A stretch of DNA of 45,053 nucleotides from Escherichia phage vB_ecoS_OzMSK: sequence record PQ659294.1. The stretch is one strand, 5' to 3'. Positions 34,957-43,153 of the stretch are shown one piece after another. The translations under genes and the position numbers were made by a program. Position 1 is the first letter of the stretch. Each line of letters starts with the position of its first letter. The notes under the pieces are model-generated. The model searched no databases. It was given only the letters and a program-made list of their open reading frames with translations, and was not told where the DNA came from.

Positions 34957-35372
34957 ATATTACAGACAAAGTTGATTACATTGAGTTTTACCCGGGCCCG
35001 GTTAAGTCATGTCCTAAAGAGGATGACGAACAAATCTTTTGTTCTGATTGGGTTAAGTATAACTACCCGGATATGGTATTTTTCCACTGCGTGAATGAGG
35101 GTAAGAAAACCATTGGTCAAGCAAGAAAGGACCAGGCTAAAGGATTGCTTAAAGGGGTTTCGGACTGCTTATTCCTTATACCTGAATCACTGCGAGGCAA
35201 ATACCCATTTGGCGCTATAGAGCTAAAGAGAGCAGGTAAAACGCAAGCTAGCCCAGTTAGCGATGAGCAGAAGTCATTCCTAAAAAGCGTAAGAGAATCA
35301 GGTGGCTTCTCCGCAGTAGCCTATGGCAGAGGTGGCTTTCTTGCAGCATTCGCAGAGATGATTCGAAAATAG
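34953..35372 (+). CDS. VRR-NUC domain nuclease (PD-(D/E)XK fold)
   Basis: 139 aa; motif DCLFLIPE...GAIELKRAGK matches the D..E.K signature; ATGA overlap with helicase. Confidence 0.55.
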   Translation: MNITDKVDYIEFYPGPVKSCPKEDDEQIFCSDWVKYNYPDMVFFHCVNEGKKTIGQARKDQAKGLLKGVSDCLFLIPESLRGKYPFGAIELKRAGKTQASPVSDEQKSFLKSVRESGGFSAVAYGRGGFLAAFAEMIRK

Positions 35373-35412
35373 CACGAATTGCTAAAGACGAATCGGTGAG
35401 GTGGTGTATTAT
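35367..35412 (+). promoter_or_regulatory. class-A promoter-like cassette (first of a tandem pair)
   Basis: AAATAGCACGAATTGCTAAA then TATTAT; downstream ~165 nt has no plausible ORF. Confidence 0.5.
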
Positions 35413-35576
35413 CAACTCATCGAAACGAAACACTCACAAAAAAGGTGAGAAGTTGCAAACGTAGGCCGGAGCAACGAAAGACGTTTCAAAATATGATGTG
35501 ACAAACCCATGAGAAAGGAAGTTGCAAACGTAGGCCGGAGCAACGAAAATCACATCATAATAAATTATAACTTAGT
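35413..35576 (+). ncRNA. candidate small non-coding RNA or iteron region with two copies of a 29-bp element
   Basis: AGTTGCAAACGTAGGCCGGAGCAACGAAA at 35451..35479 and 35520..35548; each is an inverted repeat GTTGC..GCAAC around GGCCGG; no ORF longer than 8 codons. Confidence 0.3.
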
Positions 35577-35622
35577 AAATAGCACGAATTGCTAAAGAGG
35601 AATCGGTGAGGTGGTGTATTAT
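35577..35622 (+). promoter_or_regulatory. class-A promoter-like cassette (second of the tandem pair)
   Basis: Near-identical to 35367..35412 including GAATCGGTGAGGTGGTGTATTATCA. Confidence 0.5.
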
Positions 35623-35658
35623 CACTTCATCGAAACGAGACGCAGAGAGAGAAATAAA

Positions 35659-35853
35659 ATGTCTACTATCTTTACTGGTAAAATCTACGAATCACGCAAA
35701 ACTGGTTACGAGTATGAATTAGTAATCACCGCTGATGGTTATGTTCTTGACGATGGTGAAGGTTATTCTTTCGAAGTCAGCCCAACCTACAAAGATGATT
35801 TAGAAACTGTTAAAAACGAATTTGGCGAAAAATTTGATGAGATATCTGAATAA
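35659..35853 (+). CDS. hypothetical protein (64 aa)
   Basis: ATG 35659 after conserved leader; the track start 35611 lies inside the promoter element. Confidence 0.45.
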   Translation: MSTIFTGKIYESRKTGYEYELVITADGYVLDDGEGYSFEVSPTYKDDLETVKNEFGEKFDEISE

Positions 35854-36071
35854 TGCAAATCTTAACCTTTGACAAACAATGGGAGCTATTTCAGGCAATG
35901 GCGGTTCAGGAGCTACACAATGCTGGTTATAAAGGTGACTCATGGTTTTTAGCAGGATGCCTTGATTACAGCTTTGAAGAAGATTACTTGCGAACGGACA
36001 TCGAAACATGGCGCGAACGCATGGTTGCAGACATTGCAGAAATGAAGAAAGATATCCCGGAGGATTTTTAA
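35853..36071 (+). CDS. hypothetical protein (72 aa)
   Basis: TAATG stop-start overlap; acidic. Confidence 0.45.
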   Translation: MQILTFDKQWELFQAMAVQELHNAGYKGDSWFLAGCLDYSFEEDYLRTDIETWRERMVADIAEMKKDIPEDF

Positions 36072-36073
36072 CA

Positions 36074-36199
36074 ATGAAAATCGTAGATAAAGAGATTTTC
36101 CAGATTGCTCAAATTTATGCGAAGCAAGCAGTTAGAGATAATGACAATTATTGCTGGATGCTAGCAAAAGAGTATATAAAAATGGCTTATGGCTTATGA
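36074..36199 (+). CDS. hypothetical small protein (41 aa)
   Basis: ATG 36074 with GGAGGA RBS. Confidence 0.3.
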   Translation: MKIVDKEIFQIAQIYAKQAVRDNDNYCWMLAKEYIKMAYGL

Positions 36200-36444
36200 T
36201 AGTTGAAACCGGACGAGACGCAGTATGGGCGCACTGTGGAGAGGCGGGGTTGCAGGATGACATTAAGCAGATATCCCGCTTCTTTGACATAAAAGATATC
36301 AGCGTTGTGTTTAATGGTAAATTCTCTTACATGGATGAGCGACCAAGAAAATACGTAAGAGTTAAGCCAGGTGTGAGAATTGATGTTAATGAGTTCCTTA
36401 AATCAAAGGGACTCAAGTTTAAGATAACGAATCCTAAGGATTGA
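36196..36444 (+). CDS. hypothetical protein (82 aa)
   Basis: ATGA overlap with the upstream ORF. Confidence 0.4.
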   Translation: MIVETGRDAVWAHCGEAGLQDDIKQISRFFDIKDISVVFNGKFSYMDERPRKYVRVKPGVRIDVNEFLKSKGLKFKITNPKD

Positions 36445-36446
36445 TT

Positions 36447-36593
36447 ATGAAGCCACAAGAATATTCAGCATTGGTTAACGGGTTGCTTGATATTTCTATA
36501 AAATTCAAGGACACGCAGCAGTTAAGAGAGCAGCTATCGCGAGAACTATCAAGGCATGGTATTAGGCCGAGACATAAGATGAAAAAGGATTAA
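36447..36593 (+). CDS. possible small protein (48 aa)
   Basis: ORF below the track cutoff, tightly packed between neighbours. Confidence 0.25.
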   Translation: MKPQEYSALVNGLLDISIKFKDTQQLREQLSRELSRHGIRPRHKMKKD

Positions 36594-36595
36594 AC

Positions 36596-36847
36596 ATGTT
36601 GGGTTTAGATTTTCAGCCAGATCATTATGATTTAGTTCATGGCAGTAGCGGTGCTAAGTTTAGGGCGATACCTATTGCTGATTGGTTCCCACCTGATTAT
36701 GTGGATGTTAATGCTAAGACGAAGGATGGTAAGTGGGTACATATTTACTACTCGCCAGCTTGCGGTAATCTATGCATGACAGACCTGGACCAGAAATTAG
36801 CAATTAGTGCGGATTTAATTGATTATTGGTTGAAAGAGGTTGTATGA
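36596..36847 (+). CDS. hypothetical protein (83 aa)
   Basis: ORF with AAGGA RBS. Confidence 0.45.
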   Translation: MLGLDFQPDHYDLVHGSSGAKFRAIPIADWFPPDYVDVNAKTKDGKWVHIYYSPACGNLCMTDLDQKLAISADLIDYWLKEVV

Positions 36848-36928
36848 AGTACGCCGCCCTAGTAGCATTAGTACCACTGTTTAGCTTTACTATCTTATAT
36901 TTTATCGTGATGAACTAAGGACTTAAAA

Positions 36929-38059
36929 ATGGCAGTAGCAAAGATTACCAACGAGCAGCTTATCGAAGAGTTGAAAAATGGCATGACTAACAAGGCGATT
37001 GCAGAGAAGTATGGCATGAACATTCGCAACGTCGAGCTTCGTCGCAGCAAGTTGGCTAAGAGTGGAGTTGGGCATGGTAATGAGGGTATCAATAAGCTAG
37101 TACCGGATGGATATTTAGTCAAGGGCACTTCAACCATGATTGATGCGGAAGGGAATGAGAAGCTGCGCTGGGTTAAGACGAGCGTTGATAATGAGCGCCT
37201 TGAGGTTTTAATGGAGCAAGCTCGAGAAGCGTTTTGCTCTGAGTTGCCAAAGGCAGATTCGGTCAACCACTCAGGTAATGAGGTCAATTCTGAATTAATG
37301 ACTCTTTACCCGATTTTCGATATCCATATCGGCATGATGGCTCATCGACATGAGTCTGGTGAAAATTATGACACGAACACAGCAGAGAAATTGATGGGGT
37401 CATATTTTGACCATGCAATTTCTGTATCACCAGCCTCGGAGAAAGCCGTGATTTTAGTTGGCGGCGACTTCCTTCACTCTGATGGACTGGAGGCTGTAAC
37501 CCCAGCAAGCGGACACTGCCTTGATCAAGATAGTCGATATGCCAAGTTAGTTTATGTAGCAATTCGATCAATTCGCGGTGCGGTAGAGAAGATGCTTAAG
37601 AAACACAAGGAGGTCGAGATTCAAATCATAGAGGGCAATCATGATCAAAGTGGTATGATTTGGCTTCGCGCTGCAATGGCTGCATTTTATGAAAGAGAGA
37701 GTCGAGTGTTTGTTGATACCAGTCCGGCAATCATGCACAAGACGCGATTTGGCTCAACATTACTTGGTTACACGCACGGTCACACGATGAAGAAAGCCGA
37801 GGGTCGACTAGCAGCAATGGCGACCGACTACCGCAAAGACTTTGGTGAATGTGAGTTTGTTTACTGCCACTCCGGCCATTTCCATCATGCAACTGTTACA
37901 GAGTGCACTCTTGGGATTGATGAAGTCCACCCTGCACTTGCTAGCAAGGATGCATATGCGGCACGGGGAGGGTGGAGATCATATCGACAAGCGGCTGCAA
38001 TTATTTACCACAAGAATTTTGGCGAGGTTGGTCGACACATTTATCGCCCAGGTATGTAA
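36929..38059 (+). CDS. metallophosphoesterase (calcineurin/Mre11-SbcD-like motifs) with N-terminal HTH-like domain
   Basis: Motifs FDIHIG (D-x-H), GGDFLHSDG (GD), EGNHDQ (GNHD), YTHGHT (GH); N-terminal MTNKAIAEKYGMNIRNVELRR resembles a sigma70-region-4/LuxR-type HTH. Confidence 0.55.
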   Translation: MAVAKITNEQLIEELKNGMTNKAIAEKYGMNIRNVELRRSKLAKSGVGHGNEGINKLVPDGYLVKGTSTMIDAEGNEKLRWVKTSVDNERLEVLMEQAREAFCSELPKADSVNHSGNEVNSELMTLYPIFDIHIGMMAHRHESGENYDTNTAEKLMGSYFDHAISVSPASEKAVILVGGDFLHSDGLEAVTPASGHCLDQDSRYAKLVYVAIRSIRGAVEKMLKKHKEVEIQIIEGNHDQSGMIWLRAAMAAFYERESRVFVDTSPAIMHKTRFGSTLLGYTHGHTMKKAEGRLAAMATDYRKDFGECEFVYCHSGHFHHATVTECTLGIDEVHPALASKDAYAARGGWRSYRQAAAIIYHKNFGEVGRHIYRPGM

Positions 38060-38133
38060 ATAGTACTTTTTGTTAATAAAGCCTCAAAGGATTGAGGCAA
38101 AATGAATAAACGATAAAGAGATGAGGAATTGTA

Positions 38134-38607
38134 ATGATTTACGTATTTGATATCGATGGAACTATAGCTAATAATGAGCATAGAAGTAACCTCTTGCCAT
38201 TCAGCGACCTTCACTTGACTTCAAGTTGGAAGGATTACAATAAAGCCTGTTCTGGAGACTCACCAATAATTCCAATGATAAACATGATGAATACGTTATC
38301 CGACTCATCGCCAGTTTACATCATGACCTCAAGAAGTGATGAAGTTGAATGGAGGACTCTTGAGTGGCTTAAGGATAATGAGGTTGAGTATGATTCGATA
38401 TACATGAGAAGTCGATATGACAACCGAAAAGATTACAAAATAAAAGAGGAATGGCTTAATGAAATCAGTGGTGGCGATAAAAGCAATGTGATTATTTTTG
38501 AAGATAACCCACAAGTAATTAAGCACCTAAGAAGTTGCGGATACACCGTTATGGCTGTATGTGAATATGAAGACCTACCTAAAGACTGCGAATCTCACGG
38601 AGAATGA
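38134..38607 (+). CDS. HAD-family phosphatase (putative nucleotidase)
   Basis: N-terminal HAD motif I VFDIDGTIA; 157 aa; adjacent to the dNMP kinase gene. Confidence 0.5.
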   Translation: MIYVFDIDGTIANNEHRSNLLPFSDLHLTSSWKDYNKACSGDSPIIPMINMMNTLSDSSPVYIMTSRSDEVEWRTLEWLKDNEVEYDSIYMRSRYDNRKDYKIKEEWLNEISGGDKSNVIIFEDNPQVIKHLRSCGYTVMAVCEYEDLPKDCESHGE

Positions 38608-39161
38608 AAATGACTAAATTATTTATCCTTAATGGCCCAGCTGGAGTTGGCAAGGACACTATAGCGGATATGATGGTTGAGACTGGTGTCGCAAAAGAAA
38701 AGGTATCATTCAAGTCACCAATATTTAGAGTTGCAAAAGGAATGCTATCAAGCGATGAATTTGATGAATTCATCAAGAATTACGACAATAGAGACTATAA
38801 GGAATCACCTCATAGATTTCTTGTCGGTATGACAGTTCGTGAATTTATGATTTGGATTAGCGAGTCTGTAATGAAGCCAGCCTTTGGTGATGATGTTTTC
38901 GGTAAAAGGCTAGCGCAGTCACTTGGTGATGGCTGCTACATTTGCGCTGACGGTGGATTTGCTAGCGAGATTAAGCCACTGATCGACGCTGGTGTTGAGG
39001 TCACGTTAATCAGATTGCATAGGGCAGGGTACACATTTGATGGCGATAGTCGCTCATACATTCACGGGGTGTGCGCAAGAGAAATTGATGTTCGTGTTGT
39101 TGATTGTGATATTAATGGAACATCAGCATTGGTAAGGCACGTAATAAATAGCACAAATTGA
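38604..39161 (+). CDS. deoxynucleoside monophosphate kinase (P-loop kinase, putative)
   Basis: N-terminal P-loop ILNGPAGVGKDT; size and motif typical of phage dNMP kinases; C-terminus INSTN is encoded by a class-A motif copy. Confidence 0.55.
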   Translation: MKMTKLFILNGPAGVGKDTIADMMVETGVAKEKVSFKSPIFRVAKGMLSSDEFDEFIKNYDNRDYKESPHRFLVGMTVREFMIWISESVMKPAFGDDVFGKRLAQSLGDGCYICADGGFASEIKPLIDAGVEVTLIRLHRAGYTFDGDSRSYIHGVCAREIDVRVVDCDINGTSALVRHVINSTN

Positions 39162-39166
39162 TAAAG
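39147..39166 (+). promoter_or_regulatory. class-A motif copy (AAATAGCACAAATTGATAAA) overlapping the kinase stop
   Basis: Motif variant followed by the conserved leader ..ACATCGAAACGAG.. Confidence 0.4.
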
Positions 39167-39232
39167 ATAATAATAAAAACTTAGTTATCATTAACACATC
39201 GAAACGAGATTAACTAAACGAGGAAACACAAA

Positions 39233-39409
39233 ATGACTAAAATGATTTATTGCACCAAAAACAACTCCAAGACTCTGCCATTTACAGTTAACCAGCCGTA
39301 CAACGCAGAGTACCAGGGCGATGGATATTACAAGATTTATGGAGACGATATGACGCACATCTTAGCGCCGATTGATGGTTCGTTGGTTGAATTTATTATC
39401 GCTGACTAG
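39233..39409 (+). CDS. hypothetical small protein (58 aa)
   Basis: ATG with GAGG RBS after a class-A cassette, followed by a strong terminator. Confidence 0.4.
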   Translation: MTKMIYCTKNNSKTLPFTVNQPYNAEYQGDGYYKIYGDDMTHILAPIDGSLVEFIIAD

Positions 39410-39435
39410 CGCAGCAAAAACATAATGTTACGAAC

Positions 39436-39463
39436 GGGGAGCCTTTTGGCTCCCTTTTTTTAT
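39436..39463 (+). terminator. rho-independent terminator (GGGGAGCCTTTTGGCTCCC + T7)
   Basis: GC hairpin plus T-run. Confidence 0.7.
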
Positions 39464-39539
39464 GCTTCTTTTCCGAGCGGTGCTAATGTATCATTCTTTT
39501 ATTAACTTAAGAATTGACAAATACATAAAGGTGGATCAC

Positions 39540-39755
39540 ATGAGGGAAGTAATCAACGCCGCTACAGCATCAACTGGCGGTGCTGCGTTTACTGGAGCGG
39601 CAACTGGTCAAATGACTATAGCAATAATCAGCCTTATCGCTCTAATCATTTTTGGAGCTTGGGGTGCTTACTGGAAGTATAAGGATAGTCAAGCTATCAG
39701 GCGGGCGCTTGAATCTGGAGACTTGAAAATAGCAATCAATATAAGGAGCAAATAA
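39540..39755 (+). CDS. holin (71 aa)
   Basis: Hydrophobic core TIAIISLIALIIFGAWGAYW with charged C-terminus; immediately upstream of endolysin; AGGTGG RBS. Confidence 0.55.
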   Translation: MREVINAATASTGGAAFTGAATGQMTIAIISLIALIIFGAWGAYWKYKDSQAIRRALESGDLKIAINIRSK

Positions 39756-40241
39756 ATGAAGCAGAAGCTGCTAATTGGCGCGGCTACGGCTGCGGCGATA
39801 TACATCGCAGCGCCGCTTGTTGAGCTCGTTGAGGGTGTGGAGAATAATCCTTACATGGACATTGCCGGAATCCCTACGGTATGTTCCGGTATTACTGGAC
39901 CTGATGTTGTTTGGGGTAAGACTTACAGCAATAGGGAGTGCCGGAACCTACTGGAGAAGCACATCCAGATTCATGCTAAGTATGTTCAGGATGCGGTTAC
40001 TTACCCAATTGCACAGCAGACAAGGGCAGCGTTAATTAGCTTTAGCTACAACGTTGGTGGTCATGCCATGAAGAACTCAACGGCAGTTCGACTTATCAAC
40101 CAGGGTAAAGTGGAGCAGGGTTGCAAGGCTCTCGGAATGTGGAATAAGGCTACCGTTAATGGAAAAAAGGTTGTCGTTAAGGGTTTGGTGAATCGCAGGA
40201 ATGAGGAGATTAAGTTATGCTTAAGCGGATTGCAGCGTTAG
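39756..40241 (+). CDS. endolysin, T4-lysozyme-like (GH24) with probable N-terminal SAR signal-anchor
   Basis: Catalytic-triad spacing E-x8-D-x5-T (ELVEGVENNPYMDIAGIPTVCSGIT); Ala/Gly-rich weakly hydrophobic N-terminus LLIGAATAAAIYIAAPLV. Confidence 0.75.
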   Translation: MKQKLLIGAATAAAIYIAAPLVELVEGVENNPYMDIAGIPTVCSGITGPDVVWGKTYSNRECRNLLEKHIQIHAKYVQDAVTYPIAQQTRAALISFSYNVGGHAMKNSTAVRLINQGKVEQGCKALGMWNKATVNGKKVVVKGLVNRRNEEIKLCLSGLQR

Positions 40242-40606
40242 TAATGTGCGTAGCTTTATCTGGATGTTCAGCAACATCTGCTCTGACCGGCTTGATTGGC
40301 AGTAAGCCAGAGATTAGCGCTCAAGCTGGTGCAGAGAACAATAAGATTGGGGTTGGGTTAACTAATAAGGTTGACTCCAGTAACTCAAGTGATGCTTCCG
40401 TTAAGGATTCTAGTGTTGGCTCTCTGGATAGCTCTAGCGGCAAAAAGACCTCTGACAACTCGATTAAGGCATCCACAATAACTGCTGAAAAGATTGAGAT
40501 CACCAATAACGACTCTTCCGCTCTTCCGTGGATTGGAACAGGGGCTATGGGGTTGCTGGTTTTTATTCTCCTGGCAGTAATCTTAAGACGTAAAAAAGCC
40601 CCTTGA
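40217..40606 (+). CDS. unimolecular spanin (T1 gp11-type)
   Basis: N-terminal lipoprotein signal with lipobox LSGC, Ser/Asn-rich periplasmic region, C-terminal transmembrane helix AMGLLVFILLAVIL plus RRKK; overlaps the endolysin 3' end. Confidence 0.75.
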   Translation: MLKRIAALVMCVALSGCSATSALTGLIGSKPEISAQAGAENNKIGVGLTNKVDSSNSSDASVKDSSVGSLDSSSGKKTSDNSIKASTITAEKIEITNNDSSALPWIGTGAMGLLVFILLAVILRRKKAP

Positions 40607-40626
40607 TAGGGGCTGTATATTTTTAT
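40592..40626. terminator. terminator hairpin (GCCCCTTGATAGGGGC) between the convergent lysis and right-arm transcripts
   Basis: GC hairpin with A-run upstream and T-rich downstream. Confidence 0.5.
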
Positions 40627-40638
40627 CTACAACTAACT

Positions 40639-40848
40639 TTAAAGTGGGATTAACTGCATTGATTCCACTCTAATTTCAATCCCGCGCACAAGTCCTTCCA
40701 GGCTTGTGGTGATGAATGACTCCGATACGTATCCACCATCAGAGATGGTAGCGATAATGTCACCATCACCCTGCTCTTTAATATCCACGGTCAGGAGGTT
40801 GGCTTTTGCTTTTGCAAGTACTGCCATCAGTTTTTCTACTGTGCTCAT
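40639..40848 (-). CDS. hypothetical protein (69 aa)
   Basis: ATG 40848 with AGGAG RBS (track ORF extends to 40896). Confidence 0.4.
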   Translation of the reverse strand: MSTVEKLMAVLAKAKANLLTVDIKEQGDGDIIATISDGGYVSESFITTSLEGLVRGIEIRVESMQLIPL

Positions 40849-40931
40849 TTTATATACTCCTGTCTTAATATTATTTTCGGGTTGGCTTTTAAGCACCCGC
40901 GCTTCGATGGATTAATAATAGCAAAAGCCCT

Positions 40932-40955
40932 CTAGGGGCTTTTAACAAAAAGGGC
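40932..40955 (-). terminator. terminator-like hairpin (AAAAGCCCCTAGAGGGCTTTT)
   Basis: GC hairpin with flanking T-run on the minus strand. Confidence 0.5.
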
Positions 40956-40958
40956 TAT

Positions 40959-41294
40959 TTAATAGAATAATTCGTCGTCAGTCATTTTTCCTATGTTCAT
41001 CATCTCTTTTATGTACTTGCTCTCATACCCGCTAAGTGACTCAAAGTTGAAGCTAAATGGCCTATTTAAACTCCCCTTGCTAACAAACTCCCCACACTTA
41101 CCATCAATGTATCCAGCAGTTAACATCTTTGCGCAAAACTCCTTTGAAGCAGCGCTGCAAAACTCTCTATGCGATAACCCTGCCGCCTTGCTAAATCTCT
41201 TAGAATCCTTATGTTGGTAGATGAATCGCGCCAAATGCTGGCGCGTGAAATAGGAATACGACTCGCAGAACTTAAATATATCGAGCAGGAACAT
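40959..41294 (-). CDS. hypothetical protein (111 aa)
   Basis: ORF with several Cys and basic residues. Confidence 0.45.
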   Translation of the reverse strand: MFLLDIFKFCESYSYFTRQHLARFIYQHKDSKRFSKAAGLSHREFCSAASKEFCAKMLTAGYIDGKCGEFVSKGSLNRPFSFNFESLSGYESKYIKEMMNIGKMTDDELFY

Positions 41295-41296
41295 AA

Positions 41297-41380
41297 TTAA
41301 CTCCAGGATATGCTTAAAACAACTACGATACCAAAAATCAATACAAAGAAATCAAGCAATATAAGTAGAATTTCAATCAT
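41297..41380 (-). CDS. possible 27-aa hydrophobic peptide
   Basis: MIEILLILLDFFVLIFGIVVVLSISWS; stop overlaps the next start (TAATTATG); GGGGTGA upstream. Confidence 0.25.
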   Translation of the reverse strand: MIEILLILLDFFVLIFGIVVVLSISWS

Positions 41381-41383
41381 CTA

Positions 41384-42967
41384 TCACCCCAGCAGTCGTG
41401 GATTAATGTAAACTTTATCACCAATCAGGCACGTATAGTTTTTCTCATCAAGCATTGGTAGTAAGTGGTCTTTAATCTTCGTCATTACTCCCGCTTGACC
41501 CTCGAACGGCTTAACCTTGCGAGCAGCTTCATATAGAGACCGGATGCCTACTACGCCTTTCCCATTTTTTACTTGCTTAATCAGAATATCAATCAGCTTA
41601 TTCATCTCTGCATTGTCGCCAGCGTGACCCGCAGCGTTGGCAGATGACAAATAAGTCTTGCTAAGTTCCTGGAACATAATTACAGCTTCCTGCATTGTAT
41701 CAAGCTCAATTTCTCTCGACTTCTGAGGGCTACCGCCATTTGGGTTGAACCAGTTACGCACAGTGTGAAGAACCGCCGCAATCCTGATTGCCTGCTTATC
41801 GAACTTACCCAACGCGCCTCGCAACATTGTGTGTGAATACTTCCCGCCGTCAGCAAGGTGCGGTTCCATTTCCTGACGAGCGCGGTTGAGATATTTCATT
41901 GCTGAATTACTAACTGTCAACTTAACTTCTTGCTCATTCATTATCTCGTGAACTAAACGGAAGTAATCAGCCTTCAACCCGGCATCAATTGGCTCATAAG
42001 TCGATTCGCCATTTTCATCAACGAATACACGCTCGCCCAGGAGTGACTTTTCACGTACAAGCAGGAAACGCTCAGATACACCGATACCACGCGCGCCAGC
42101 GTTCATGATAGCGTTGATTGTCTCATCCTGCGCAATTACAGAGATGCAACCCATAGCTACGAAGCTCATGTTGTTTTCAGCGTTAGCACGAGCGATAGAT
42201 ACGTTGCCAGCATCCCATGCCTTCAGTACAAGCTCGCTGTTCGTTTTCTTTGATCCGTCACCATAGGTCATGCCAAGTAGTGAGTTTACACTCGTTGCCT
42301 CATCCGAGATTACTGCAAAGTTACCCTGACGATTGTTTATTCGCGCAAGACCTTCCGGTGTGGTATCTGAAACCGGGAAAACGATATCGCATAGTTTCTC
42401 GAGCTTTTCCTCAAGATCTTCTTTCTCCTCAAAAAGCGATTTCATCTCAGATGGTGACTTTTCCTGCTTCATCTCTTTGGATAACGCAGATAGTTTAGCC
42501 ATAATCTTTTTGCGCTCGCGCTTTCGAACTTCATTCAGTCGCTGAGTCTCGGCAATCATTGGCGCAATAGAAAGTGAGTTAATTGCTGATTTACCAGTCG
42601 ATGGTGGCTGACTCGTTACGACGTAAAGCGAGGTTGGCTGCTGAGTTCCGTGATACTCTACGGTAAAACGTCCAAGCATGGCAGCGGAAATACACCCCAG
42701 GAAGTGCATGTATGCGGACGACTCCGGGAATTGCACGCTCCGAGCAATGTTAGCTGACAGCTTACCAACAACATCAATATCATTTCCGAGTGATATTACA
42801 GGGTACTTATCATTTGCCGCATCAATCTCGACAGGAGCCTTCCAGAATGATTGAGACTGGCGATAGCCATTTGCATTAATAGCGACGCGCAAAGGTGGAA
42901 GGTTGTCTGCGGCAGCAATTGCCATAACCTGTTCAACAGATAGTTTATCTTCGTTGAAATCAAACAT
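41384..42967 (-). CDS. P-loop NTPase of unknown function (527 aa; possible replication-associated ATPase)
   Basis: Walker A-like PPSTGKS and Walker B-like AVISDE; GGAGAG RBS; N- and C-termini are paralogous to the remnant at 1093..1512. Confidence 0.55.
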   Translation of the reverse strand: MFDFNEDKLSVEQVMAIAAADNLPPLRVAINANGYRQSQSFWKAPVEIDAANDKYPVISLGNDIDVVGKLSANIARSVQFPESSAYMHFLGCISAAMLGRFTVEYHGTQQPTSLYVVTSQPPSTGKSAINSLSIAPMIAETQRLNEVRKRERKKIMAKLSALSKEMKQEKSPSEMKSLFEEKEDLEEKLEKLCDIVFPVSDTTPEGLARINNRQGNFAVISDEATSVNSLLGMTYGDGSKKTNSELVLKAWDAGNVSIARANAENNMSFVAMGCISVIAQDETINAIMNAGARGIGVSERFLLVREKSLLGERVFVDENGESTYEPIDAGLKADYFRLVHEIMNEQEVKLTVSNSAMKYLNRARQEMEPHLADGGKYSHTMLRGALGKFDKQAIRIAAVLHTVRNWFNPNGGSPQKSREIELDTMQEAVIMFQELSKTYLSSANAAGHAGDNAEMNKLIDILIKQVKNGKGVVGIRSLYEAARKVKPFEGQAGVMTKIKDHLLPMLDEKNYTCLIGDKVYINPRLLG

Positions 42968-43153
42968 TACTTCTCTCCGTGTTGTTTCTGAGAGGCCATT
43001 ATATCAACGACCTCTTACAATTCATTATCAATTTGTGATATTGGTTGTTCTTAATCCACTTTAGGCACATCCACAATCCAGCCCCATAAAATGCAATCTT
43101 AAGAATTTCAACCAACAAAAGGATAATAAAGTAACCACCACCAAGTAAATCAA

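Noticed and set aside
35451-35548. Possible CRISPR-like array
   Set aside because: Only two copies of a 29-bp repeat with a 40-bp spacer and no further repeats or cas genes; better explained as iterons or RNA hairpins
40217-40606. Two-component spanin (separate i-spanin and o-spanin)
   Set aside because: A single ORF carries both the lipobox and the C-terminal transmembrane helix, and no embedded or overlapping second spanin ORF was found
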